Below, piece after piece: positions 12,901 to 27,900 of a stretch of 64,000 nucleotides of DNA (position 1 is its first letter; every line of letters starts with the position of its first letter). Origin of the DNA: Phoronis australis (Eukaryota; Animalia; Phoronida); NCBI GenBank assembly GCA_002633005.1, contig NMRA01000317.1, positions 1 through 64,000 of the forward strand, written 5' to 3'. Both the position numbers and the translations under genes were made by a program. The notes below the pieces were generated by a model, which was given only the letters and a program-made list of their open reading frames with translations, was not told the DNA's origin and did not search any database.

Positions 12901-15900
12901 TGTGGAGCTCAGATAAGTCTAGCAGAGTAGAAAATGATGTGAAATTAGCAATTTTAATCCTTCTGCTGGGTTTATGCAGTTATGGTATGCGTCATGTGCA
13001 AGAGTTGTTAGTAATTTGTGTAGTAGTTTTATATAGTCATTGTGTTGATTTGTGTAACTTGAAACAAGAAGACACCGGTCATTATTTGTGTGTGGCCTCA
13101 TATAGTCACTGGTTTGCAAGTTGTATGACTATAGAAACAAGAAAACACTTTTCAGTATTTGTGCGCATGGCTTCATATAGTCACGGTGTAGCAGGTTGTG
13201 TAACTTGAAAAGGAAGACACAGGTTGTTATTTGTGTGTGTTCTCATATAGTCACGGTATTGTTGGTTGTATGATTTGAAACAAGAAGACGCTGGTCGTTA
13301 TTTGTGTGTGTTCTCATATAGTCACGGTGTTGTTGGTTGCCATGTATGATTTGAAACAAGAAGACGCTGGTCGTTATTTGTGTGTGGCCTCTTATAGTCA
13401 CGGTGTTACAGGTTGTTTGATTTGAAACAAGAAGACACTGGTCGTTATTTGTGTGTAGTCAGCAACAACTTGGGACCTAGCAGAGGATACAAGGATATTA
13501 GAATACTGAGTGAGTATGGGTTTTGAAAATAATACTTGGACTGTTATGGAGGTGATAGGATCGTTGGGATGTTCTTGGAGGGGATTGGCTGTGTTTTGTT
13601 CTTGAAGGGGGTCGGCTGTTGTAGGCATTGTCACAGTGAAGGAGTTATTCCAAACATTTTCTCATTTTATGCAGTGTCATCATATTCTGTCCAAGTCTTG
13701 TAATTGTTGTAAGATTGTGTATGTTTTTGTAGTCTGTTACTTACGGAGTTACTAAATGGATAAAGAATATTGGATCATTTATAGGAAGGATATAATGTAC
13801 TCTTTTCTTGATTGTCTTGCATATTTTTCTTAACGCTTTTGCTGATTTCCAGTACGTTATCTTGAGGTCAATGTAGGAAGGTTAACCTCAAACATACAGC
13901 TAGGTTTGTGGTGCTTTATACGCTGTCTGTGAGCTTCAATATCAGTATTGTCTTGGAAAATTGCAGTCTGTGTTAATTTGTCATGTTTCAGAACTTACAT
14001 TATTTCGTCTGACAGACGTAACTCAAAACTAAAGAAGTTTCAAGCGTGTTATTGTATAGTCGCACTAGTGGTGCCCTGAGATAGTGATAATGATTACAAG
14101 CATGTATACAATAAGCCATACAAGAAGTGCTGTTTGAGTTAATGCATTACAAAATGCCTTCATCGAACTTACACATCTCGCATCATTAGATGGTTGCTTA
14201 CTTGACTCCTGTTCTTTTTAATAGGTGCCTCCACTGGTCCCCCTCGTGATGTGGCGGTGACCGGTGATTCTGGTCGTAATGCTGTACCTGTGGGAAGCAC
14301 AGTCACACTACGGTGTGCCCACACTGCTGGCACCTCGGCCCGTGTCGAGTGGAGAAAGGACGGTGGAGTCATTCCTGCTGGGAGGTCCTCAATCAGAGGA
14401 GGAACTCTTGTGTTAGTGTTAGCTCCTTTCTTTGGTCACACTCAAGTTTTACCCAGAGATCAGTCACCAAACTTGGACAATGGTTGTGTAACTGTATTTG
14501 TTAATCAACCTAATTCATGTGCCAGAAAAGGGACAGTGTAGGAAGCCCAATTGTTTGAGTTAAATGAGTCATTTGCTCAGGGCTGTTCCAGCAAAATCTG
14601 TATGGGAGGGGGGGGAAGGCAACTGAAATAAAAATTTATGGGTGGTTGCGTTTGCTTTAAATTCAAAATGGCTGGTGGTCGTACTTCAAAAAAATAAAAA
14701 TTTACAGGTCGTTGTTGTTTCATTGGGCCATAAATGTTTGATGGTGGGTAATTTCAGTAAATTTTATAAACAATCTGCACAGAATCAAAAATGTAACTTG
14801 CAAAAAGCTCCGACTTTTTCACTCCCTCCGATCTCCTCATTGGCATGCCCATAACACCATTTAACCACAGGTGCTCGAATTTCTCGATGGCTAATAACCA
14901 CATATAAGAAACATATGTTTTCTTAGTAATGAATGACGTTAGTGGTGATGGAGGAACAGATAAACTCAAGCGCCTGTGCGGTCAACCACAAGAACAAAAA
15001 AAAATTACGGGTGGTTGCATTGCAAACTTATAAAAAATTACGGGTGGTAGGCTGAAAAAATAAATGAAAAAATATGGGTGGTGGGTGCGAAAAAAAGGTG
15101 CCTTCCCCCCCTCCCATACAGATTTTACTGGAACAGCCCTCAGATAATATTATTAGTGCTCGCTGGAAATCACTTTCCCTGATACCCGGTAGTGTCGCCA
15201 GGTGGCACCACTGTATTGTCACCTACTAGTTGTTTAGAGTTGATCAAGTCTGAGTGTCTGGTTTTTGCATATAATTTTTCTGGAAAATATCTATGAGGGG
15301 ACAGAACTTTCTATGGAAGTTGTGTTACTTATGGCTGTTTGTTACCATGACTCCTGTTCATAAGTACTGCATACTTTAATACTGTTTAGATAGTCAAAAT
15401 GAGAACTGTGATGGGTTGAAAATGTATACGCATGAAGTCAACATACTGTAAGCCATAAGATCGTCATCAAGAAACAATCAGGTGCCTTAACTGGTTGACT
15501 TGGGTGGACCAGCAAAGGCAATCAAATGAAGCCATTGTGTGAAATATTTAACAGTGCTCTCACTGCCATAAAGACTCCTGTTTTATGTTTTCTCTTGAAC
15601 TTTGTCTATAATACAAATGAAAGTCAAACTGCTCGTAATGGTAAACTAAAATTTACTATAAGCAATTCAGGTATCAACTGGTATGGACCTTCTAGAGTCA
15701 CCCTCCTTAACAAATGGACTGAACGTGCAGCACAAGGTGCTTTTTGTAATGTCGTCATAACATTGTTTTCATTCCGTGTTTTGTTATGTTACCGTTCGGG
15801 AAAATTCACTGTTTGCAGGAATGGTAAAACTTTTCTGTTTGCAGGTAACTAGTGACAGAGAAATGTGCGTTATCTTGTATTACCTGTATCCATCGCCTTG

Positions 15901-18900
15901 CATTGTACATTCAGAAGGCTATGGCTTTAAGAGAAGAACTGCTCTCTGTGTATATACTCTGAATATATATTTGAATTTATGTATGTATGGGTGTGTTATC
16001 TACAATGTGTAGTAAATGATATATTATATGTGTTATCTTGTTTTACCATGTTGCAGCATATCTGGTGTGAGAGCGGAGGACGCTGGTCGCTACATCTGTG
16101 AAGTCACCAATGATGTTGGCAAGGCTAGCGCCTACTTCCAGTTGAGGGTCGAAGGTAGATATATAATGGAGCTGGAGTGGCAGGCCATGGATTCTGTTCT
16201 CTCTTGTCCAGCGCATCATAGAATGTGGTCTTGCACATTGTGCAAATGTAATAGTACAAATCGTTTCTTTGTGAAACGTAGTGTTTTGCGTAATAAGACT
16301 GCTAAACAATACATACTTCAATCACTGTACAGTGTTGGTGTTTCTTTATAAGTTATGTTAAATACGACGTTCCATTTCTTTTTAATGGTCGCAATTCGTA
16401 TCACATAACAAGAAAGTGAATGTTTTAATGTGGCAGTGTGACTGTGATGTGTTGAAATCTTCTGATGTTATTAACAACATAGTTCATAACTGTTCTTATA
16501 AGCCAGATACTGTTAGTGTGTGCGTGTGTTTCTTTCAGCTGTTGCTTTACCATCGATCGTGGGATGGGACAGTAGTGTCTACCAAGCTGATGTTGGTGCT
16601 AGAGTCCGGTTGATCTGTGATGCCAGAGGTATGTGGGGAATACCATCGGACTGAGGTATTAGGCTACAGACAGAGATATTGAGACCTTGTAGTCATTGTA
16701 TTGTGATATTATCTTGCTGCGAAAGGATTCTTCAGCATACCTTTCCTCTGGCTAGAAGAAGTCTTTGGGGTGATCTGGGGTGTGATCAATTACCCGGGTT
16801 GTTGGCGAGTGAATGCTTGTGAGATCCTGGGCTCATCTTGGAATACACCACGTTTATCTTGTACAGATTTGTGTGGTCTGACTGAACTTGTACCTAAATT
16901 GAGTGAACCAGTGGTTGTTGTTTCCTTAGTATATAGCTGCCAAATCCAATAAATTATGTTAATTTAGCCAAATCCAATAAATTATGTTAATTTAGCTCAC
17001 AAAATTGGTCTCATTTTGTTCGCGGGTCAAATTTTGCAACAATTAAATAGTAATTTCATGAGGCATTGTATGACCTGGTTGAATGATGTATTGATGTGTG
17101 AGAATGATCCAGTACAAATTTTACTAGAAAAAAACATATTGTGTCTCATGTTGCTTACATATTCATTGATTAGTTTTAGATAAAATTAAAAAGCTTTGAA
17201 ATGCTTTGACTGTGTGCGGTTTTTCATCATTATTTGGATGATACGAGTTTGCTCCCTTGACGTGCTCTATGTGGAAAAATTAGCCCCAAATTGTCGTGTG
17301 ACCAAAACATTCCTGTCACTTTGACTATATGTATAGATAAACAATAAGTATTTGCCTCTTAAAAGGGAAATTAATAGTTTTACAGCCAAAATTGCATTTT
17401 GGGATTTCCTTTTGATTGGATAAACATTTTGGAGTTATCACCTTTGACCAGAGCTTTAAAACTACAAAATCCATTGTTTTTGTGATTTTAGTACAAATTG
17501 TCATTTTTTGCCGTTGTCTGTCAGACATTTGCTAAAGTTACAGCTAGTGACTTTAGCAGTTGCCTACGCTTTAGGTACTCTGCCGTTTATCCTGTTGGTT
17601 TAGCGCCGCCCACAGAACACTTAAAGTCTGCTACTGCAAGGGTTACAAGTTCAAGTCCTCCTTGATGCTGATCTCAGAAACTCACTTTTCTCACCGATAA
17701 TGTCCCTTTAAAACTTGACATTGCCTTCTGGTTTGCATGCTGTATTACGGTGATATCACCACATGTTGGTCAGAAGGAATTGCTGAAGCTGCAATTTTAG
17801 ACTTTCTATTTTGAATATTCACGTCTATTTATCATAATTTTCACTGAAGGTGCTTCTTACCTTGTATGAAAATTTGATCTTAAGTTTCCACAGCCCTGGT
17901 ACTTCGTTTCACTCTCCTTATCATTGTCTTCGCCTTTGTCTGCTCATAGGTACCCCCACCCCCACTGTGAGGTGGGACAGGATACCTGGTGGCTTACCCA
18001 GATCAGCTATAGTACGTGGTAACGTTCTCTACCTGCAGTCTGCTCAGGTTACAGATGCTGGAGCATACGTGTGTGTTGCCAGTAACTCTGCTGGTTCCGT
18101 CCGCAAACAGAGGCAGCTGTTTGTTGTTGGTGAGTGCCTGATGTGGTCAGAACGGCTATGAATGAGATGGTTATGCTGTAAGGGGTAGGTGAACACTGAG
18201 GGCAGCTCTCCTGTGTAGCAGTGCCAGCTAGATCACAAATTATCAATCCTTACTCTCATACCATCGCATGGATTGTGGGTCCATCTGTGACCCGCATTCC
18301 TTGATCATTATGTTCTACACTTTACTTGTATTGGTGTCACCATCCTACCTACAGACCAGCGAGTCCACCCATGATTACCACAAGCCCACATCATTACACT
18401 CAGTTCTATTTTATTATAGTGACTTTATATGTTGCTTCTGCATTCTTGCATTACTGGGTTCTTGTCTCCTTACAGGTGCTTCCACTACACCGAGTACCAC
18501 AGGTCCTGCCAGTGATACCATCTACACTGCCTACAATGGGAAATCGGCGACGCTCAGGTGTTCCTCACCAGACACCGAGCTGAGAAGTGTCAGGTGGTCA
18601 CGCACCGTGGGACGTCTACCTGCGTAAGTTGCATTTGTGGCAGGAACTTGTGTACGCAAACTGATATGTCTCCCTTTGCATAACTAATATTTTGTTCTAG
18701 AAGACTGTTTTAATGGTTGCGCTGATAATTCATTGCATGTTTATAGTTGTCAGTGGTTTCCATGTTTATTAGTAAAAGTTCTTTCTTAAATTAGTCGTTG
18801 AGCAGGCTAAATGTTATGTCGACTTTAACAGCTGTTTTAGTTCTTAGTGAGAAAAGTGGCCAGTTATGCACCGCTGTTGAATAATAGTGGCAAAGGTTAT

Positions 18901-21900
18901 CTCAGTTTTATAAATATATCATGGCTGTGTTGAAAGTTATGCCAAACTCAATTAAAATCTGTCAGCTGAAGTGAAAGTTTAACGATACACTATGCTACAG
19001 AACGTCGGCTTATGTTGCACTATCAGTTAAGAAGTCTTATAGCTCACCAGATCACGAGTCTCACTCTCTGACCTCATGAGCTGTTCTTTTTACAACACCC
19101 ATATTTTCTTAAAATCTGGTTTCATAGAGAAATTTCTTTAAAGTTTATGCTGTGGGTTAGACTTCACTATTTGCAGCTGGCAGGTGCATAGATCATCGCA
19201 TAACTTAAGTATCAATGAGGCATTATCCACATCATTAGAAAGCCATTAAGGACCTCTTCAATTGATCTGGTGTTACAGAGGTAGTGCCCAGTCAGCTGGT
19301 ACACTCACCATCCCATCTGTGATGAAGGAGGACCAGGGGACCTATATATGCACAGCTCAAGACAGCCAGGGACGTACACTGACCAAGGAAGTGTTCTTGG
19401 TGGTTGGAGGTACAGCTAAACTATCTGGTGGAACACTTTTACATTAATTGGGGCCCGTTTTATTGAAGCAAATAGAAAACCTCTTTCTCATCCGTGGCTA
19501 CTTCAGGGGACAATGGGAACTTTGGATAACATCATTTTCCAGATGTTCAAAAGTCATTTTCATCAAAGTTCACAAGAAAACACTTGCATGTTTAGAAAGA
19601 ATTTTGGTTTAAAACTTGGAAAAAAAACGAGTCTCAAATATTTTGCTAGCCACTAGGTGCCAGTGCAGTATGAGCCTACAAACCGACGGGAAAGTATTTT
19701 GTCCGTGTCATTTCTAAGATGTCTGCTTCTTGAATCATTTTGTGCTTGTCAAACCAAACGTGAGTTGTGTGCCAGCTGTGACACTGCCGAGATGAATTAT
19801 TGTATGAGTGCATGAATTATTGACCCAGCAATAGACTGTCAAGATTTCTGCCCGTTGTTATATGCAGGTATTGGATTGTGCTGACAATTCTGACCTGAAA
19901 TTTGCAAGCATGCCCTGACTCATGAGACTACTAAGGCCACTGATTTTGCAAACAAGTAGATCAAATTGAATAGTTATAGTCTTAATTGTTGTGATTTAGA
20001 CTTTTTTACGGAAGAAACAATTAGGACACAATATGATGGACTGGCAATTTTTTATATTTTTTTCATATGATACACAACACCAGAATCATGCTTTGCCTTA
20101 TCCATGTTCTGTACCATAGCTTCCAACAGACAACATTTTGAAATATTTCCATTCACAACAATGATTCCCTTGTAAAAGTGCAGTTTTGGCGATTGTAGGG
20201 AATTGTTGAGATTGTGCACTTAGTTCATCTGGGTGAGGACCAACTGTGGTCAAATGGACTTGCAATGTCTCATTCTTATAGGATACATGGTTGTGGTTGC
20301 AGTCAAGTGCCTCAGTCTTATCTATGACTAGGCAAGCAATTATGACTGAGGTCCTAATTTCATTACTAGTCAACCACAGTTTTATAGCAGCTTAAACAAT
20401 TAAGTCATAAATCTTTCGCAGTTTCAACAGAAAATGTTGGTTTTTGCGTCTTGCATCTGTGAAGAATTCTCTTGCCTTTTTAAGAGCCTGCAAGTATGGA
20501 ATGTCTAAGTTTGTTGTCATGGCGATGTTTTTATTCCAGACATAATCCCTGAATTCAAACAAGACAGGCCGTCTTACTTGAGGCTGCGGCAAATGCAAAC
20601 TGTGAACAATTTTGATATTGTAATTTCCTTCTATCCAACTGATGAAGATGGTAAGTACAGGTTCTATTGTACTGGAGTGACTGAATTACAAAATGGTGAG
20701 GGCGTGCTTGACGCGCAAGTTATAGCTCGTGGCTTTGAAGTCGAAAGAGCATGGCTTATCACGGTAGAATCTGTTTTTAGTATCTCAAACACTGATTTTT
20801 AAAGCCTACCGACCTCAAGTGTAGCTGCACCTCTGAAAGAAATCTCTTTTTAACATTGCTTCGTAAACAAATGGCTGCATTGCCTTAAAACCGGGAAGCA
20901 ATAATAATGTCTTGTTTAGATTTATCAAGTGTGCATGAACCTCATTGTCTGTGCCTCTCTGTCTTTCTGATGTAGTATGACTGATTGCTTCAGGTCTGAT
21001 CTTTTACAACGGATTGCTTGACTTCCTGGATGGTGACTTTGTATCGTTTGGACTCATTCGTGGTGTACCTGAACTTCGCTTTGAACTTGGCTCTGGACCA
21101 GCCATTATTAGTGGCGCCCCCATCAGGATGAATAAGTGGCACACAGTGCGTCTACGCAGAGAGTGGACGCAAGGTAATTTCGAGCAAGAGTTATTTGATT
21201 AGGGAATTTTGTTCCTTCTTACAATTCCTTCTTACAATAACTTGAAATTTTATATTTGCCTCAACCTATTCCAGGGTATATTGTACTTTGTCAATAAATG
21301 AGTACAAGAACCATTATAAACCAACACCTCACAATATCATGAACAATTATCTGAGTTGACTTCAGTTTGTGTAACCAGGCTTTAAAGTGCAATAAGTTTA
21401 ATTAGTAATTCTTTGAAGCATGGTAGGTAAATTGCAATGTATTAACAGTTGGCCATATTGATGTAATGTTATGACCAGAATTTTTTCATTTTGAGTAGTA
21501 ATGTTATGCTTATGATCCTTCATTTGAAAATCACACGTCTGAATGTTGTATTAAAAAAAAACTGGGCCATGTCATAGACTGACATTACCAATGTGAGTTT
21601 TACATGCTGTTTTAGTGAATATCCAATAGTTAGCTGAATCTAGTTTTTTAGAACAACCCCAGAAATTGCTTTTGCAATATATCCAGGTTCTCGTTCATTC
21701 CCATTACACTCACTAGTAAGACCAAGATCAGAGCAGTAGGAAAAACCTTTATGCAATGCTTAATTGTCTGCCATTAATATCAGGATTTGAACCCGGGTCT
21801 TCCAAACGAGAGTCCAGAGCTCATACCACTGAGTCACACAGTCTCCAATGAATCTAACTCGACATCCAACACTGTAGCAGTTGACTCATTAGATTCCCAT

Positions 21901-24900
21901 TGCAATGCTCTTGTTAGTGAATGCCACAGTGTAACGTAGTGCTTGCTATACACCCACCTGTTTCTTCCTGCAGGCTTCATGACAGTGGATGGTATAGAGT
22001 ACTCTGGCAAGTCAGTGGGCTCATATACAGGACTGGACCTGGCTCAGGAGGACCTCTTCCTGGGAGGTATGCAGGACTTTAGCAAGTTACCCAGGAATTC
22101 TGGCGACTACAAAAAGGGTTTCTCAGGTAAGTCTGTTAAGAACAGTTTTTGAATTGGTATTTATAAGCTCCATACCTATATACACAAACATCACTGCAAA
22201 TGCATTACAAAAACACAAAATATGGTTGCTGTGTAGTACACTGTCCGAGTCATTTGTATCCTGGTGCTACTCTCAATGTTAGCAAAATAAAATGTCTCCT
22301 AGTAGAAACAGCTATAAAAATTCTTTTAAAAATTCTCTGTAGTCATATTCTGGGTCAGTGTATTTTTTTAACCCATGCAAGACTTACTGGTTAATTTAAT
22401 GAAGTTCTGGAGAAAAGCTATAAACAAAGCAGGATTTCCTGGTAACCGTATTGATAACATTTCAGGAAACTCTCAGTAAGTAGACCACTTCATCAGAATG
22501 CTAACATTACAGGGGCCATCAGTCAGCTGAAACTGGAGGGTGAATTAATAGACCTGTGGAGTGACAACAAGTTTGCCGAAAACGTGGGCGAATACCCAGT
22601 GTGCGACACTGCGGGATGTCAGAATTCCAGTCCTTGTCTGTCCAAGTATGTGCCACTAGGCTTTGTGTGTGTCTGTCACAAAGGCTACACTGGAGACAGG
22701 TGTGAGAAGGCTGGAGAACAGTGTTACCCAGGTAAGGAGTGGGGGGTCTGGTGGAGGTGGTGATGGTAGGACTATTGGGGTTAGGAGCCACGACGGATCC
22801 CTTTAGTAGGGTGGTATTTTATAAATAGTTCTATGTGTTATAGCATTTAGTTGTGATTCCAGGACATTTACTGTTTCCTATCCTCTGCAGTGCTTGACAC
22901 AGGTGAAAATGCTTTCAAGAAAATCTGAGCTATGGCATATTCTGCACTCATATTTCCGGATTTTGACTCGTAAAAAATGACAACCAAAAGAAAAACCTGG
23001 AACATCTGCACCGCACGTGCTCAAATAGTACGAGTGAAGTCAATTTCTTACTGGTATTACACTCTAATTTCCCAGGGTGTACTCACTTATGTCTTGCCCT
23101 GCTCTGTTTGTATTGTCCTTGCCTTCACATGGCGCAGACACTCTTCAGTTACTTCCTTGTAATGTGAAATGTTCTTCTTTGTGATGTGAAATAAAAATGT
23201 CAGTCCTTACAGTGTTAGCGTAGAATTCTGTGGAACTGTTCGTGTTTGTTTTGTTGTTGGCTGTGAATTGTCTCCTTTCAGGTTGGTGCTGTCAGTGTTT
23301 ACTGATAATGCCACCTTTGTGTTTTCTTAACTGTTTACTAATGATGTCTTCACCCCTCTGTGTTGTTCAGGTGCTTGTGGTGCTGGCAGGTGTTACAATG
23401 TAGATGATGGTATCAGGTGTGTCTGCCCTATTGGGCTCACTGGGCCAAGGTGTGGAGAATGTAAGTGATTTAGGCGACGGGCTCAAATGGGGTCACATGA
23501 TCCAGGTTGGAGTTGGGCCGTGTTTAGTCTAAAAAATTCCCGTTTCTCCATTTCAAATTTTGTTAACTGTTTGTGTTGAAAGTTAAGTTGCATACTAAAA
23601 ACTGTTATCAAATATGCTTATTATAAGTAACCTTTGATTTATGGTACTCACAAATTTTAAAACTTTATAACATTTCATTAAATCCTTAATACTTTGTTCT
23701 TAAAGTCTGCTGTGTGTCTGACTGACTTTACGATCTCCATCCTACAGTCTGAGGCACTCCTTTTCTGTAGGATATTATCTACAGTACAAGACAAAAGTAA
23801 TCAGACAATATACTGTTTCCCTGTCATTACGCTAGTTATGTTTACAACAAAAATGACTGATAATCCCCATTATAGTGACAAAATTTCAACTACAAAATGT
23901 CTTAATCATCTTTCTAACTTTACTGGTAACTGGCCTTCATTCTCGGTCATGAGGGAAGGCTATTCTGACAATGGGTTCAGCACTTCAGCCGTCGTGATGG
24001 GGAATGCCGTGTCATTTTGCCTGAATACTTTTGGCATGTACTGTAAGTTGCAGTCAATGATAACTATGATTCCAACCGTGTTACAGCCTTGAAAGTGAAT
24101 GACCCCGCTCTACAGGCGGACTCCTTTCTTGCCTACAATACACTGCCAGACTCACTGCTGAACACTAAGATACAGATGATGTTCAAGGCCCGTGCCATCA
24201 CGGACAGTGTACTCCTCTATAATGGACAGCTCAAGTCTGGACGTGGTGACTTCATTGCCCTGGTGATCAAGAATGGTTACCTTGAATTCATCTATGATAG
24301 TGGATCGGGTAAGAGCTTGTGTAGTCATTATTCAGTACTGGATATTTCACAATTGCTCGGATGAGTCAAGTAGCAAAGCACTATAGAATTTGCCTGCTTG
24401 AAGTTCTTTACTGGACTTCATTGTTTTACTGAGAATTAATTTCACTTAATAATCAAGAAGTAACTTTGCAAGCATCACAGTTATAAATTAATGATATAAC
24501 TTTACCTAGACGTTTTGGTTGATATTCACATGCAGGCCTTGGGTACTTTGAACTGAATAGGAGTGATGTAACAAAGTCTAACACAACTTGGGATACGACA
24601 ATATTGCCAAATGTCTTGTTGTAAAAACTTTGATTTATGTAACATTTCAGCATATAGCTAGGGATGTTCAGTTGCATTTAGTGTAGATTCACACATTTCC
24701 TGCAATCAATTTCACTGAGTCTGAGACTGTAGCAGTCAGTCACTTTGTTGGTTATTTCTTCAGGTGCTGCCAACATTCGAAGCCGTGAGCCCTTGAAAGT
24801 GAATGAGTGGACGAGCATAGTAGCTGAACGCAACCTTCAGAATGGTTACCTGATGGTGAATAATGGCGAGCCTGTCAGAGGTATGTACTGGTATGGTGTT

Positions 24901-27900
24901 GGTGAAAGAAACGGACTGGGTGATCTGATTAACAAGTGGTGGTCAGCAGGTTGAGACTATCTGGTCTATGAGGACTGATTTTGTGGTGCAGTTGTCGACA
25001 GGCCAGTACCTTTTTCACGAGTTGTTGCCAGATGGAAAGTCCTTACTTTTAACAACGCAAAAGCAACTTCCACATTATTGTTGAAAGGCCACTCGGATCT
25101 CAGTGCTTTTCTTGTTCTGCAGCAAAATGGAAATGATAAGTGCAGTAGAAGCTACAGTGGTGTAAGATCTCTGTGTGAATGAACAGTTGTTGCCATGGCC
25201 TTTAACATGTCATGTGCTGAGCTGGAAGGAATTAAACCTGAAGGAAATCAAATTGACTCCTTGCTGAGCTACCGACAAGAATTTTTAAGTGGCCCGTAAC
25301 TTTATTTGCTCTTGGTTCCTTTATTTTAAGTTCTGGTTCCATATTTGAAATTGCTGATTGATATGGAGACGTCCACTGCCACAATGGGAAACGTTAAGAT
25401 AACATTATGACGACTGGTCATGAGGGACTAGACACTGGTGACCTCTAGAGGACAAGTGGGCAATTTCACTTTTGTTTAGAATGCATCACGTCTAATCACA
25501 TACACTGTAAACGGGCCTTTTCACAAAGTCATACATGTTCCCAAATGAAACTGGCTGCGAAGACAAAATTCCTCCTGTTACAGCTAGATGGCGTTAGGAG
25601 TCTCAAGCACCTCATGATCATTCAAATTGTTTCGTGTTAGTTTCACATTGTCAAGTGAAGTGTTCAGGTGTGTTTTGAAGTAATACCACAAAGACTAGGT
25701 ATCTCCGAGTTTCACCAGGTCTGCCTGAAAGAAATCGTTTTTCTCAGCACATGAATTTTTAAGTGTACTACAGAAGTGTTTTGCTTTCTAACATTTTAGT
25801 GCACACATTTTTGGGAATTTATGTTACAGTATGTTCTGTCATTTTAGGTTCTGACTAGTTGAAACATGATTTGTCTAATATTGCATTTGCATGTCGAATT
25901 CCAACTCCAGCACATTATCAAAGATTTATCTCAAAATAAATTGTATCTGCATGAAGAACAGTTTGTTCTTGATTTTGTATCCAAATAAACACGAGACTGT
26001 TGCATAGCTCATTTCCTTACTAATGTTTACATGCTTGGGATGGACATGAACATGCAGGCCTGCAGTCTGTAGACCAAAAACACAGGATCGTGCAAGACTT
26101 TGCCACATATCGCTCTGCGCGTGATCACACTAGGTTCACTCGCAAAATTCTTGCGTCTATGGTCCAGAGCCCAGTGCTTTTCGTTGTCAAAAATATCGTG
26201 AATTGTTGTCAAGTGGTTTATTTTGGCAATTTATTGTAATTCAGTCATGCATTACGTTGACTGTAATGTTTGTTGTGGGTTTTTCAGTTTCAGCACTGCA
26301 TGTATCCTGATGCTAATCTGGCGACGTAACTGTAACAAATGCCATGTTGTTTTGTAGCAAACCATGAGTGGCGCCCTCAAGTGATAGGTATAAGAACTGG
26401 CTGTGTGTGCTTAACATTATGTTGTGTTGTTGTCTGGGTTGCAGCTTGTTGCTTCATCAACCCTGTGTAGTTTGGTTTTCAGTGCCCATTTCATGTACTT
26501 GCCTAAAATCAAAGGTGTTGGTTTTTATCGATGAAAGACTACAGTGAACGTGTCTCTAAAGCAGGTCTATGACTAAAAAATTGTCGAAACGCTGTCATTA
26601 TTACCAGGGAAACTCGTGGAATACTGACTCATGAAAAACAAAAACACGATATGAATGGGAACTTGGACCACGTCTATAGTAGCCTTTCATTACTCGTCTT
26701 CCGTCTATATTGTTTCTACATCTCTAATGTTGTTTCCTTCACGTTGGTTGTGGGATTTCATATTTCTTCACCGATTTCTATCGTGCACCCGATCCTTTTC
26801 CGTACTTGTCTTCTTAATTCATTCTTACGGCAAACATGCAGTGGAGTATTGCTATGTCGTGTGAATAAGATGCTGACAACAGGCTCCCTGTAAGTGTTGA
26901 TGTAATATTAGCAAATAACATTCTATACAGTACGTTGTAAGATTGTTGCAAAAGAAACCCTAGTACGATCATGCTTAAAACTATTAATTTGCCAGCTATT
27001 GTTTTCCAAAGTAAATGTTTTACCAGGCATCTCATAAGTGTGGTCAATGCGATCAAACTTGCAGTGTTTACAAATTTGAGCACTGAGTGGCGCTGCTCTT
27101 CATCCACAACTAGTTAAGACATTATTAAGTGGTGCTCCCATGCTCCCGTATTATCAAGTGCTGAAATGATAATAATTTATAAAGAAAATTAATGTAAAAC
27201 AACCGCTCTGATTTTTGTGTTTCCTTAAGTAAATCTGCTACGTATATGTGTGTGGTAACCTAAATATGCCAGGCTTATATTTTCCTTGATCTCAATTTGT
27301 AAGAGAAGCTCGTCGCTTGTCCTATGCATGTTTATGTTTCTGCTTCTGGCTTAGAGGAAGTTTATTCTATCAAAAATTTGGAGTTCAAGTCCTGGAAGTG
27401 AACGATAAGAAAATGTGAATTGCCTAATGAAATGTCGTATAATCACTGATGTTGCTAGCTGTGAGTTTTGCATTTACATGTAAATTGGTGATCTATTTGT
27501 AGTACTTTAGAATCCGGAAGATGAGTCACAATTATTTGGCATGGTACAACTGTTACAACTACTGTCTGTTAGGAGACTAATGACCGACCCCCCAACAGTA
27601 GAGAGGGATTTTTGTTCTTTGTTGATTTGAAATTAGTTCAAAACAAAAGTCATCACATTGTGACTAAAATTTTTGTATGGTAATCGCTCTGCATAGTGGC
27701 ACAAAGTTAAACATTTTTTTTTCACGAGGCGGGGTTGAGCGAAATAATTAGAATGGTCAGAAATATCGTAAGGCTACTGTACAAAATGAATGGAAAGTTA
27801 GAAAATCATCGGGAATGAATGTGTGAATTAACAGAAAGGCCGATTTTTTGCACTAACATGAATGAGAAAGTGTGCAGTAATTTGATTTGTACTAGGACCT

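Noticed and set aside
4077-13456. Tandem arrays resembling CRISPR
   Set aside because: No unique spacers, eukaryotic intronic context and no cas genes.
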